From positions 1-37,465 of IMG/VR virus record IMGVR_UViG_3300025608_000045: 37,465 nucleotides of DNA; one strand, given 5' to 3'. Below the pieces are notes generated by a model that searched no databases, was not told where the DNA came from, and saw only the letters and a list, made by a program, of their open reading frames with translations. The DNA comes from a virus (Duplodnaviria; Caudoviricetes). Shown here piece by piece: positions 28,207 through 36,506 of the stretch (positions within the stretch are counted from its first letter, which is position 1; each line of letters opens with the position of its first letter). A program made the position numbers and the translations under genes.

Positions 28207-28971
28207 ATGATGACTAACATTTTATCACCATTTGTAAAAGTAGAAGAATCTTTTCAGTTTTATGTAAACGGAAGAGTCTTTGAAATGAACAACACAAATG
28301 AAATTAAAGAAATTGAAGGAAATACTATCAATTCAGAATTAAAGAATGCAATTATTGCTTTCGAATCTTTTGAATTCAGTAACGAAACTATTAAATGGTT
28401 TAATGGGCCTTCTAAATTTGTATATAACCTTAAAGAAAATACGTTTTCTAATAACGATTCAGTTATTGAAAATTCATTCTCAAATCACGTTCTAAATTCC
28501 GGAGCTGTTAGATATAATGAGGCTCCTAAAGCCCAATTATTCGAATCTCTCCCTGCGATTTTAGAGAACTTTGTAAATCTAGACTTTGCTGCTACCTTCG
28601 AAGGAAATAGCAACATAGTTAACGTGTTTAAATTAGAAGAAAATATATTTGTTGCAAGATTAAATACAGAAAATAGAATCTCTAACTTCTTTAAAGCAGA
28701 CAATGCAAATCAAGTAGTTGACTATGTTAACGAAAAAACAGGACAAAGTGCAATATCATTCTTAAGTGAATTAGTTGAAGGTCAATCCGCAGAACTTGCT
28801 AAAGTTGAAGAGAACATTTCTAAATATGAATCAATGATTGCTTTCTTAAAAGATCAAAGAGGTCTTTTAGCAGAAGCTGATAAATCAGTTGAAGAAATAA
28901 AAGCAGCTGATAATTTAATCTCTGGTGAAATCACAGTTTGGGAGAACAAGATCGCCGAAATACGAGCTTAA
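28207..28971 (+). CDS. Hypothetical late protein with C-terminal coiled coil
   Basis: 254 aa with a late-type promoter and its own terminator. Confidence 0.7.
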   Translation: MMTNILSPFVKVEESFQFYVNGRVFEMNNTNEIKEIEGNTINSELKNAIIAFESFEFSNETIKWFNGPSKFVYNLKENTFSNNDSVIENSFSNHVLNSGAVRYNEAPKAQLFESLPAILENFVNLDFAATFEGNSNIVNVFKLEENIFVARLNTENRISNFFKADNANQVVDYVNEKTGQSAISFLSELVEGQSAELAKVEENISKYESMIAFLKDQRGLLAEADKSVEEIKAADNLISGEITVWENKIAEIRA

Positions 28972-28995
28972 TATTAATAATAGATAGACACTAAG

Positions 28996-29019
28996 AAGGG
29001 ACGTTAATCGTCCCTTTTT
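28996..29019 (+). terminator. Rho-independent terminator
   Basis: aagggacg-ttaat-cgtccctt followed by a T-run. Confidence 0.85.
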
Positions 29020-29036
29020 CTATTTATAAATACCGG

Positions 29037-29065
29037 TTAAACAAAACCAAAGTTTCTTATATAAT
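29037..29065 (+). promoter_or_regulatory. Class A promoter TTAAAC-N17-TATAAT
   Basis: Exact 17-nt spacing upstream of the late sigma. A TATAAATA also lies at 29025-29032. Confidence 0.7.
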
Positions 29066-29090
29066 ATACTATAAACAAAACATAAATATA

Positions 29091-29459
29091 GTGGCTAAAA
29101 AGAAAAATTACTTAAACAATAAAGATCTACATGCAGCAATGTCTGAATCTAAAGAGCTTGGAAAACTAACTCCAGTCGCTGAAAAAATGTTAATTCTTCT
29201 TGCTGAAAGAGCAATTAATAGAATGACATATGTAAACGACGATGACAGACAAGATTGCCTGGCATTCGCAATATTAGATTTATTAAAATACTGGAAGAAC
29301 TTTAATCCAGTATATCCAAATGCATTCGCATATTTTACTGAAATAGCAAAAAGAGGATATGCTAAAGGATGGAACAAAATACATCCACAGAAATATAAAG
29401 GAACTATTTCAATTGATTCTTCAGGTGGAGATGATAGCAATGGAATATACTCGTTATAA
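29091..29459 (+). CDS. gp55: T4 gp55-like late-transcription sigma factor (GTG start)
   Basis: NYLNNKDL...L.LAER......Y...DD.QD...AI...LKY..NFNP..PNAFAYFTEI matches the gp55 pattern. Confidence 0.8.
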   Translation: MAKKKNYLNNKDLHAAMSESKELGKLTPVAEKMLILLAERAINRMTYVNDDDRQDCLAFAILDLLKYWKNFNPVYPNAFAYFTEIAKRGYAKGWNKIHPQKYKGTISIDSSGGDDSNGIYSL

Positions 29460-29947
29460 TGTCAATAAAAAATAATCGCCCAACAAAAAAATCAGGGTTT
29501 AAACAAGGATATTTTAATCCTAATAATCCAGAAAAATATATAGGACCTCAGCCAATAATTTATAGAAGCTCTTGGGAATATAAATTTTGTATTTGGTGCG
29601 ATTCTAACGACAAAGTAATAAATTGGTCAAGCGAACCTGTTGAAATACCATATTGGTCTAGACAGTCTGAAAAAAGCCACAAATATTATCCAGACTTTTA
29701 TTTTAAACAAGTAAAGCAAGATGGTTCACTTGAAGAGTATTTAGTAGAAATAAAACCAAAGGATCAAATAACAAAACCAAAACCACCAACTAAGAATTCA
29801 GCAAAGGCTATAAAATCATATAAGTTTTTAGCGGAGCAATACGTTAAAAATATGGATAAATATAATGCAGCAAAAACCTTTTCAGAAGGAAGAGGCTGGA
29901 AGTTTATAGTTTTAACTGAAGACACTATTAAGAATGGGTTACATTAA
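29459..29947 (+). CDS. gp4: T4 gp4-like head completion nuclease (TnsA-like PD-(D/E)xK)
   Basis: QGYF.P.NPEKY.G...IIYRSSWE.KF..WCD, WSSE...IPY, HKYYPDF, LVEIKP, GWKF.VLTE. Confidence 0.88.
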   Translation: MSIKNNRPTKKSGFKQGYFNPNNPEKYIGPQPIIYRSSWEYKFCIWCDSNDKVINWSSEPVEIPYWSRQSEKSHKYYPDFYFKQVKQDGSLEEYLVEIKPKDQITKPKPPTKNSAKAIKSYKFLAEQYVKNMDKYNAAKTFSEGRGWKFIVLTEDTIKNGLH

Positions 29948-30524
29948 ATCGCAGATAAAGAAATTAGAAAAAGCAGGTGGTAGAGCTAAAGCGATACAGA
30001 CTGCTGAGAAATGGTTTGAAGAATCTCTTAAAAGTAAAAAGAAAAAAGATGTAGCTTCGATTAGAACTAGATTTGATGCTGGTAAAATATATGTATTCAG
30101 ATATGATTCACCAATAACTGAAAATTTACCATGGTGGGATAAAAACCCGGTTGTTTTAGCAATAGAGCAAAGAGGATTAACAGATCTTGGAGTAAACTTA
30201 AATTTATTACCAACTGAATTTAAAGAGAATTTACTAGATTCTTTATATGAACGAGTATCGGGTCAAATAAAATCAACCTCAGCCGGCAAAGGAAAAAACA
30301 ATGCAATTAGACAAAATCCATTAAGAATAACATATGATGGTATGAAAGCGTTTTTAGATTCTGAAGGATATGGATTTGCAATTAGACAATATAGACCTGA
30401 ACTAATAACCGATAAAGCAGTTGTCTCATATGAAAAATGGGCAGATATTGCTTTATGCGATTTTATGGATTTAGAAGGTCTAAACGAACAGCAATTAATA
30501 AGGCTATTTAAAGATAGCTTATAA
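29934..30524 (+). CDS. gp2: T4 gp2-like DNA end protector
   Basis: KWF..., GKIYVFRYD....LPWWDKNP.V, LGVNLNLLP, AIRQY. Confidence 0.8.
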   Translation: MGYIKSQIKKLEKAGGRAKAIQTAEKWFEESLKSKKKKDVASIRTRFDAGKIYVFRYDSPITENLPWWDKNPVVLAIEQRGLTDLGVNLNLLPTEFKENLLDSLYERVSGQIKSTSAGKGKNNAIRQNPLRITYDGMKAFLDSEGYGFAIRQYRPELITDKAVVSYEKWADIALCDFMDLEGLNEQQLIRLFKDSL

Positions 30525-30528
30525 AAAG

Positions 30529-30536
30529 GATATATA
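30529..30536 (+). promoter_or_regulatory. Class B late promoter GATATATA
   Basis: Upstream of the portal gene. Confidence 0.72.
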
Positions 30537-30559
30537 ACTAAAATTAATATAATAATATA

Positions 30560-32155
30560 ATGGCAGGATTTGTAGATAGAAATGGTCCATTAAGTACTGG
30601 AAAAAGAACATTCACATTAAGCGATTCACTTAAAAAATTATCGTCTTTTGGAATGTACTATGATGATTTAGTACTTAGACAATCACAGGCAATCGGTCCA
30701 GTAGAGGATCAATTTGGTTACGGCCAAATGAACCCACTAGGATTAGACAGTGATGATATGTATGGTGCATTCGCAGCCCTTTCAATGGCTGACACGAATA
30801 TGCGTAAAAACGTACCGTTCTTTGATCAGCAGTATCAAGCAAAAAGAGATGAGCTTAGAAAATTCTCGCAACATGATGAAATTGAAGATATTTTAGATAT
30901 TCTTTGCGATGAGTCAATTGTATTTGACAATAAAAACTTTTTCGCCAATCCAGAAATAGTTGGTATGGAAATCTCAGATGAGGTTCAAAAGTATCTTAAT
31001 AAATCATATAGAGAAATTTACCAATACTTTGGATTTAACCAAGATCAATCAGCATGGTACTTCTTTAGAAAATGGTTAATTGATGGTTACTTATCATTTG
31101 AAATCATATACAATCCAGAGCAAACTGAAATTATAGGTTTTAAAGAAATTGACCCTATTACATTAGTACCAGGATATAACCACGAAGATGGTAAAAAAGT
31201 ATGGATCCAATTTAAAGATGATCCAATGAAAGAGAGAAAACTATATGATTCTCAAATTATATACATCTCATACTCTTCAATTACAACAGCTTCTAGAGTT
31301 TCATATTTAGAAAGACTTGTAAGAGCATTTAACTTGATGAGAATTATGGAACATACCAGAGTTATTTGGGCTGTTACAAACTCATCTTATAGAATGAAGT
31401 TCATTATCCCAGTTGGTGGTAAATCTAAAACAAGAGCAAAACAATCACTTGCGCAATTAATGAATAACTATAAAGAGATTGTAGATTTTGATTGGGACAG
31501 TGCAAATCTGACAACCAATGGTAAACCAATGTTACAATTTAATAAAGAATATTGGTTACCTAGTAAGGACGGGGAGACACCAGAGATTGAAACATTAGGT
31601 GGTGAAGGACCGGACATTAACGATACCGAAGCACTTAAATACTTTACTGATAAATTAAAGCAAGTTTCTAAAATACCATATAATAGATTCATGTATGAAG
31701 ATGGTGGAGGAGACTTTAACCTAGCAGCCGATGGTATGATTAGAGATGAAATTAAGTTCTCTAAGTTTATTAAGAGACTTCGATCATCATTCCAAGAAGT
31801 GCTGGTTAAACCATTATGGATTCAAATGTGTTTAAAATACCCTGAATTTAAAGATGATGCAGGGTTTAAAACTCAAATAGCACTACAATTCCACGAAGAA
31901 AATATGTTCGCTGAATTAAAGACTATGGAGATAATGGAGAAGAGATTAGACTTTATTGGAACTATGCAAGATTCATTAATGAAAACCGATCCAATAACGA
32001 TGGAAGAGATGCCATACTTTAATATGGAATTCCTAGTTGATAGATACTTAAAATTAAGTCCAGACGATAAAGCTGCAAATGAAGCTTACAAACAAAGAGA
32101 AGCAGCAAAAGATGCTGAAGAACCTGAAGTTGACCCGATGGACATGGGAATGTAA
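30560..32155 (+). CDS. gp20: Portal vertex protein (T4 gp20)
   Basis: EIE..LD..CDE.IV, FRKW.IDG, IDP, SYLER.VR.FN..RIME...VIW, EYWLP...G...EIETL.G, YF..KL...KIP..R, RDEIKF.KFI.RLR..F. Confidence 0.93.
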   Translation: MAGFVDRNGPLSTGKRTFTLSDSLKKLSSFGMYYDDLVLRQSQAIGPVEDQFGYGQMNPLGLDSDDMYGAFAALSMADTNMRKNVPFFDQQYQAKRDELRKFSQHDEIEDILDILCDESIVFDNKNFFANPEIVGMEISDEVQKYLNKSYREIYQYFGFNQDQSAWYFFRKWLIDGYLSFEIIYNPEQTEIIGFKEIDPITLVPGYNHEDGKKVWIQFKDDPMKERKLYDSQIIYISYSSITTASRVSYLERLVRAFNLMRIMEHTRVIWAVTNSSYRMKFIIPVGGKSKTRAKQSLAQLMNNYKEIVDFDWDSANLTTNGKPMLQFNKEYWLPSKDGETPEIETLGGEGPDINDTEALKYFTDKLKQVSKIPYNRFMYEDGGGDFNLAADGMIRDEIKFSKFIKRLRSSFQEVLVKPLWIQMCLKYPEFKDDAGFKTQIALQFHEENMFAELKTMEIMEKRLDFIGTMQDSLMKTDPITMEEMPYFNMEFLVDRYLKLSPDDKAANEAYKQREAAKDAEEPEVDPMDMGM

Positions 32156-32157
32156 CA

Positions 32158-32165
32158 GATATATA
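32158..32165 (+). promoter_or_regulatory. Class B late promoter GATATATA
   Basis: Between the portal and the next head gene. Confidence 0.72.
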
Positions 32166-32188
32166 ATCTATAAAAATAAATTAATATA

Positions 32189-32557
32189 ATGAAAACTATT
32201 AAAACATTTGAAGAATTTTCTTCAGACTTAAAAAAGAAATCTTTGAAAGAAGATGCCATTTCAGCTGGAGAAGACTCAAAGGTAGTAATCGATGATATTA
32301 CATTAGATAGTGGTGTTGAAATTAAATCTACAGAAATTCTTGGAGTTGCTATAAACAGCAAAACTGAAAAAGAATTTAAGCAATATTTCTATGACGAGTA
32401 TGGTAACGGCGAATTCACCGATGAAGATATGTCAACCCTATTAAAGGCATATTTAGAATACACTGAAGAAAAGAACGCTGAAGAAGTTGAAGCTGAAGAA
32501 GCTGAAGAAGAAGCTGAAGGCGGATCAGATGAAGAAGATCCATTTGCGGATATTTAA
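32189..32557 (+). CDS. Small acidic prohead core protein (gp67/gp68 position)
   Basis: Lies between portal and protease. MKTIKTFEEF leader and Glu-rich tail. Confidence 0.55.
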   Translation: MKTIKTFEEFSSDLKKKSLKEDAISAGEDSKVVIDDITLDSGVEIKSTEILGVAINSKTEKEFKQYFYDEYGNGEFTDEDMSTLLKAYLEYTEEKNAEEVEAEEAEEEAEGGSDEEDPFADI

Positions 32558-32595
32558 TTTTTTTAAATTTTTAAGAAATTACAAAATTTCATTTT

Positions 32596-32603
32596 GATAT
32601 ATA
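32596..32603 (+). promoter_or_regulatory. Class B late promoter GATATATA
   Basis: Upstream of the protease. TATAAATA also at 32610-32617. Confidence 0.72.
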
Positions 32604-32629
32604 ATACAATATAAATAAAATAATATAAT

Positions 32630-34627
32630 ATGATTAATAATTTACTGATCCTCGAAAGATCAACTACTGAGTTAGAATTTAAGCAGGATGGTGGAATTTA
32701 CATTCTTGAAGGTATTTTTGGAGAAATCGACAAAAAGAACAAGAACAATAGAATTTACACAGAAGACGAATATCTTCCTCAAATTGAATCTCTTCAAGAA
32801 AAAATCAAAGCTTCAAAACTACTTGGTGAATTAGATCACCCTGCTAATTTTGATGTATCTCTTAAAAATGTATCACACATGATTGAGGAATTAACATATG
32901 ACAAAGATACCAAACAGGTAAAAGGTCGTATCAGACTATTAGATACAGAAGCTGGAAGACAGGCAAAGGCTTTAGTCGATGCAGGAGTTCCTTTACAAAT
33001 ATCAAGTAGAGCAGCTGGAGCTGTTGAATCTAATGGAACTGTAAAAATCAAACAATTATTCACGTATGATTTAGTTGCTGATCCTGGATTTGAAAATGCA
33101 GAGCTTAAAAGAGTTAACGAATCTTATGGATATGTTAACGAAGACAACCTCTTTATTTATGAGATAAATAATACTAATGAAACATTAACCACAGAAAATA
33201 AAAAAGAAACAAAAATGGCAGAGTCAAAATTTATTACTGTTGAAGATTTTAACAAGTACTCTCAATATCTTTCAGAAGAAATTAAAACCATCAAAGAGGT
33301 AATGAATTCTTCAAAAGACGCTGAGTCAACTGAATCTCAACTAACATCATTAAAAGAATACACAGATTATTTAGCTGAAAAACTAGATCAATCAATCCAG
33401 TATTCAGAACATGTTGCAGAAAAAACAGATCAATCAATATCTTATTCTGAAAAACTAGCGGAAACGTTAGACAATTCTATTCAATATTCTGAGCATATCG
33501 CTGAAGGAGTTGATCAAATTAAAAGTTACACAAACTATTTAGCAGAATCTTATAATGAAGGTGCTACTACTCATGAAAACATGACTAAGTACATCGAATA
33601 TTTAAGAGAGAACCTAGAAAAAGTTACTGAATACGCTGAATACGTTGCAGAAACAGTAAACTCTAACTTATTATTAGAAGAAGAAGGAGACGAAGCTGGT
33701 AAAGAAATCGAAGAAATCGAAGATGAAGACGATTCTACTGACGTAACTGTAGATTCTGAAGATGCAGAAGGAAACAAACTTAAGCATGGTTCTATTGAAG
33801 ACGACAAAGGAGAAGAATTAGAAGATGAGCTTGAAGGCGAAGGAGATGCTGAAGGTGAAGAAATCGAAGAAGCTGAAGAAGTTGAAGAAGAAGCTGAAGA
33901 AGCTATTGAAGAAGACGAAGCTGGAGTTCCTGCTGAAGAGTTAGAAGATGAAACTGAAGACGTAACTGAACCATCTAAAGATGCTGACGATACTAAATAC
34001 GTAAAAGGTGGTATTGATGATGATAAAGGAGAAGAATTAGAAGATGAGCTTGAAGGCGAAGGAGATGCTGAAGGCGAAGAAATCGAAGAAGATGCAATGG
34101 AAGCTTATAGAAATTCAATTACTTCTAAATTAGAAGCCCTAATTGAAAGCTCTAAAGTTAAAGCAAATTCTAATCCAGCATTCTTTAAGTTTATTTCTGA
34201 ATCAAAGAGAAATGAATTCAATGCATTATCTACTGAAGAAAAATCAGCAGTATCTGGAGCAATCGAAGGAAGAGGTTATTTAACTGAAGGACAAATAATG
34301 GGATTATGGAATAATTCTTTAATGGGTGCTAAATCTGTTCAAGAAACTACATCACCTGTAATTTCAATGATGCCATCTGAATATCATGAAGCTTGGACTA
34401 AATTATCTGAAGGTAAAAAAGCACAAATCATGGCTCAGTCTAAAATGCACAAATTAAGTACTGAATATCAAGTAAGAAACTTTTGGCAAACAAGAGATCT
34501 TAGAGAAACTGCTTCAGTAATGGAAAAGTTAGAAATGTTAAATGAATCTAAAACAGAAGTTAAATCTACTGTAGGATACGACACTACTGATATTGCAGCT
34601 CAATTAGCAGCAAAATTTAAAAAATAA
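32630..34627 (+). CDS. gp21: Prohead protease (gp21, S77) fused to a gp22-like scaffold/core protein
   Basis: LEGIF....KN.N.RIY, LGELDHP, VSH.I, L.DT.AG, ISSR.AG, DLVADP in the first ~160 aa. Then repeated Y.[ED][YH].AE coiled-coil units, an acidic linker and a C-terminal domain. Confidence 0.85.
   Translation: MINNLLILERSTTELEFKQDGGIYILEGIFGEIDKKNKNNRIYTEDEYLPQIESLQEKIKASKLLGELDHPANFDVSLKNVSHMIEELTYDKDTKQVKGRIRLLDTEAGRQAKALVDAGVPLQISSRAAGAVESNGTVKIKQLFTYDLVADPGFENAELKRVNESYGYVNEDNLFIYEINNTNETLTTENKKETKMAESKFITVEDFNKYSQYLSEEIKTIKEVMNSSKDAESTESQLTSLKEYTDYLAEKLDQSIQYSEHVAEKTDQSISYSEKLAETLDNSIQYSEHIAEGVDQIKSYTNYLAESYNEGATTHENMTKYIEYLRENLEKVTEYAEYVAETVNSNLLLEEEGDEAGKEIEEIEDEDDSTDVTVDSEDAEGNKLKHGSIEDDKGEELEDELEGEGDAEGEEIEEAEEVEEEAEEAIEEDEAGVPAEELEDETEDVTEPSKDADDTKYVKGGIDDDKGEELEDELEGEGDAEGEEIEEDAMEAYRNSITSKLEALIESSKVKANSNPAFFKFISESKRNEFNALSTEEKSAVSGAIEGRGYLTEGQIMGLWNNSLMGAKSVQETTSPVISMMPSEYHEAWTKLSEGKKAQIMAQSKMHKLSTEYQVRNFWQTRDLRETASVMEKLEMLNESKTEVKSTVGYDTTDIAAQLAAKFKK
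33806..34091 (+). repeat. 67-nt near-perfect direct repeat (33806-33872 and 34025-34091) in the acidic scaffold region
   Basis: Both copies encode KGEELEDELEGEGDAEGEEIEE and differ by one synonymous base (ggt/ggc). The offset is 219 nt. Confidence 0.9.
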
Positions 34628-34642
34628 CAATATATAATCTAT

Positions 34643-34673
34643 AAGAGAAGGACTTAAACATCCTTCTCTTTTT
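34643..34673 (+). terminator. Rho-independent terminator
   Basis: aagagaagga-cttaaaca-tccttctctt followed by a T-run. Confidence 0.85.
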
Positions 34674-34723
34674 ATTAAAATTGAAAAAAATCAAAAAAAT
34701 GGTTTTTTCAATTAAATAATATA

Positions 34724-34731
34724 GATATATA
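34724..34731 (+). promoter_or_regulatory. Class B late promoter GATATATA for the major capsid gene
   Basis: Recurrent octamer about 116 nt before the ATG, implying a long leader. Confidence 0.7.
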
Positions 34732-34847
34732 GTAATATTAACAATAACAACACTCGATTATCAGTTAAGAAGCAAAAAACTGAATTAGAATCGAAACTCG
34801 TAAGAATACGAAAATAAAAACCATTAAAAAAATAAATTTTAAACAAA

Positions 34848-36377
34848 ATGGCAAATTTAATTAACGAATCTGAAATCAGATCAACATGGGCTCCGATTAT
34901 CGAGTCTGCGACTGGTATCAATGATGCTGAGAAATTAGCATGGATGTCGACTTACTGTCACAACCACAAACTTTATGAAGATGCTTCATTCATGTCTTTA
35001 GATCCTTCAATGAATCTAGCAGGTATGGGAGCTACAACTTTACCTCAAAACATCACAAACGGAGTTTCTTCTGTTAACGGTTCTGGAGATAAGTCACCTT
35101 CATTATTACCTTTAGCAATGCAAGTTGCTGCACAAACTATCGGACTTGATTTAGTACCTGTAGTACCTATGGCTGGACCAATGGGATTATTATCTTACTT
35201 AGACTTCGTATACGAAGGTGGTAGAATTGATAACACTGTTACTCCAACATACGTAAAAGCATATACTGAGCAAAAGGATGCAGAAGGTATTGTAACAGGA
35301 ACTGTTTCTGCACCTGCTGTAAAAGCTAACACAGCATCTGCTGCTAATGTATACGCTGAAGCATTAACTAGCAAATCTAGAATTGATGGAGAAACTATCT
35401 ATGAAATCCTTCCTGCTGGTGAAGCTTACGTAGATGCTGATTCAACAAGAACTGTTGCTGATTTATTTACACCTGCAGCTGCTGTTGGTAGTGGAAGTTC
35501 AGCTGTTAAAGTTGAATTAGTAAAAGGATTAGAAGATCACATTAGAGGTTTTGCTGGAGACGGTGCAGACGATGAGGGATATTCTCAACCATTCTCAAGA
35601 GAAAAAGGTGAAAGAACTCCAGACAAATTAATGGGTCTTTCTTTATTCTCTAAATCAGTTGCTGCTGAAACTTTCCAAGTTGCTGCTGCTGTAACAAGAG
35701 AGCAAGTTCAAGATTTAAAGCAATTCGGAGTAGACGCAGTCGCTCAAGTTGAAGCTGTTTTAACTAATGAATTAACTCAATCAATCAACCAATACATCTT
35801 AGGAAGATTAAGATCTTTAGGTTCTAAGAACGTAACTTTATCTAACACTGGGTTTGATTTAACTTTACCTACAGTACAAGCTGCAAATGGTGGTGAAACT
35901 GTACCTTCTTTACACAGACAAATCTTAACGCAAGTTTTAGCTGCTGCTAACTTCATTGCAAATAGAGGTCGTAGAGGTGCTGGTAACTTCGCTGTAGTTG
36001 GTGCTCAATTAGCTACTGTATTACAATCAATCTCTGGTTTCGTTGCAAACCCAATGGCAAACACTTTTGCACAAGCTGCAGGAGCAATTTACCCATTAGG
36101 ATCTGTAGCTGGAATTAATGTTTACACTGACCCTACATTAGCTTGGGGCGACCACAACATTACTGTTGGTAGAAAAGGAGACGGAAACGGACCTGGTGTT
36201 GTATTCATGCCTTACTTAATGGCTGAATCTGTACAAACAATTGCTGAAGGAACTATGGCTCCTAAAGTAGCTGTTAAATCTAGATTTGCATTAGTAGACG
36301 CTGGATTCCACCCAGAAACTCAATACGTAACTTTCGAAGTTAAAGGAGACTGGGATTCTATCCTTAACTTAGTTTAA
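34848..36377 (+). CDS. gp23: Major capsid protein (T4 gp23-like)
   Basis: W.PIIE, DLVPV.PM.GP.G, V.AET, T.EQ.QDLK..GVDA, LTNEL..SIN..IL, IANR.RRGAGNF.V, G...G..VY.DP, GVVFMPY, P.VAVKSRF. Confidence 0.93.
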   Translation: MANLINESEIRSTWAPIIESATGINDAEKLAWMSTYCHNHKLYEDASFMSLDPSMNLAGMGATTLPQNITNGVSSVNGSGDKSPSLLPLAMQVAAQTIGLDLVPVVPMAGPMGLLSYLDFVYEGGRIDNTVTPTYVKAYTEQKDAEGIVTGTVSAPAVKANTASAANVYAEALTSKSRIDGETIYEILPAGEAYVDADSTRTVADLFTPAAAVGSGSSAVKVELVKGLEDHIRGFAGDGADDEGYSQPFSREKGERTPDKLMGLSLFSKSVAAETFQVAAAVTREQVQDLKQFGVDAVAQVEAVLTNELTQSINQYILGRLRSLGSKNVTLSNTGFDLTLPTVQAANGGETVPSLHRQILTQVLAAANFIANRGRRGAGNFAVVGAQLATVLQSISGFVANPMANTFAQAAGAIYPLGSVAGINVYTDPTLAWGDHNITVGRKGDGNGPGVVFMPYLMAESVQTIAEGTMAPKVAVKSRFALVDAGFHPETQYVTFEVKGDWDSILNLV

Positions 36378-36416
36378 ATTAAGATTAGAACACAGTAAAC
36401 GAGAGTTTATAATATT

Positions 36417-36448
36417 AAAGGGAACTATTAATTTAGTTCCCTTTTTTT
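36417..36448 (+). terminator. Rho-independent terminator
   Basis: aaagggaacta-ttaatt-tagttcccttt followed by a T-run after the MCP gene. Confidence 0.9.
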
Positions 36449-36464
36449 ATGCCGTTTTTTTAAA

Positions 36465-36472
36465 GATATATA
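36465..36472 (+). promoter_or_regulatory. Class B late promoter GATATATA
   Basis: GATATATAGAATATA, identical to the 15-mer starting at 17403. Confidence 0.72.
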
Positions 36473-36506
36473 GAATATATTAATATAAACAAAATAACAA
36501 ATAATT

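Noticed and set aside
29459-29947. Tn7 TnsA transposase or mobile element
   Set aside because: The motifs and the position next to gp2 and portal match the T4 gp4 head-completion nuclease. There are no other tns genes or terminal repeats.
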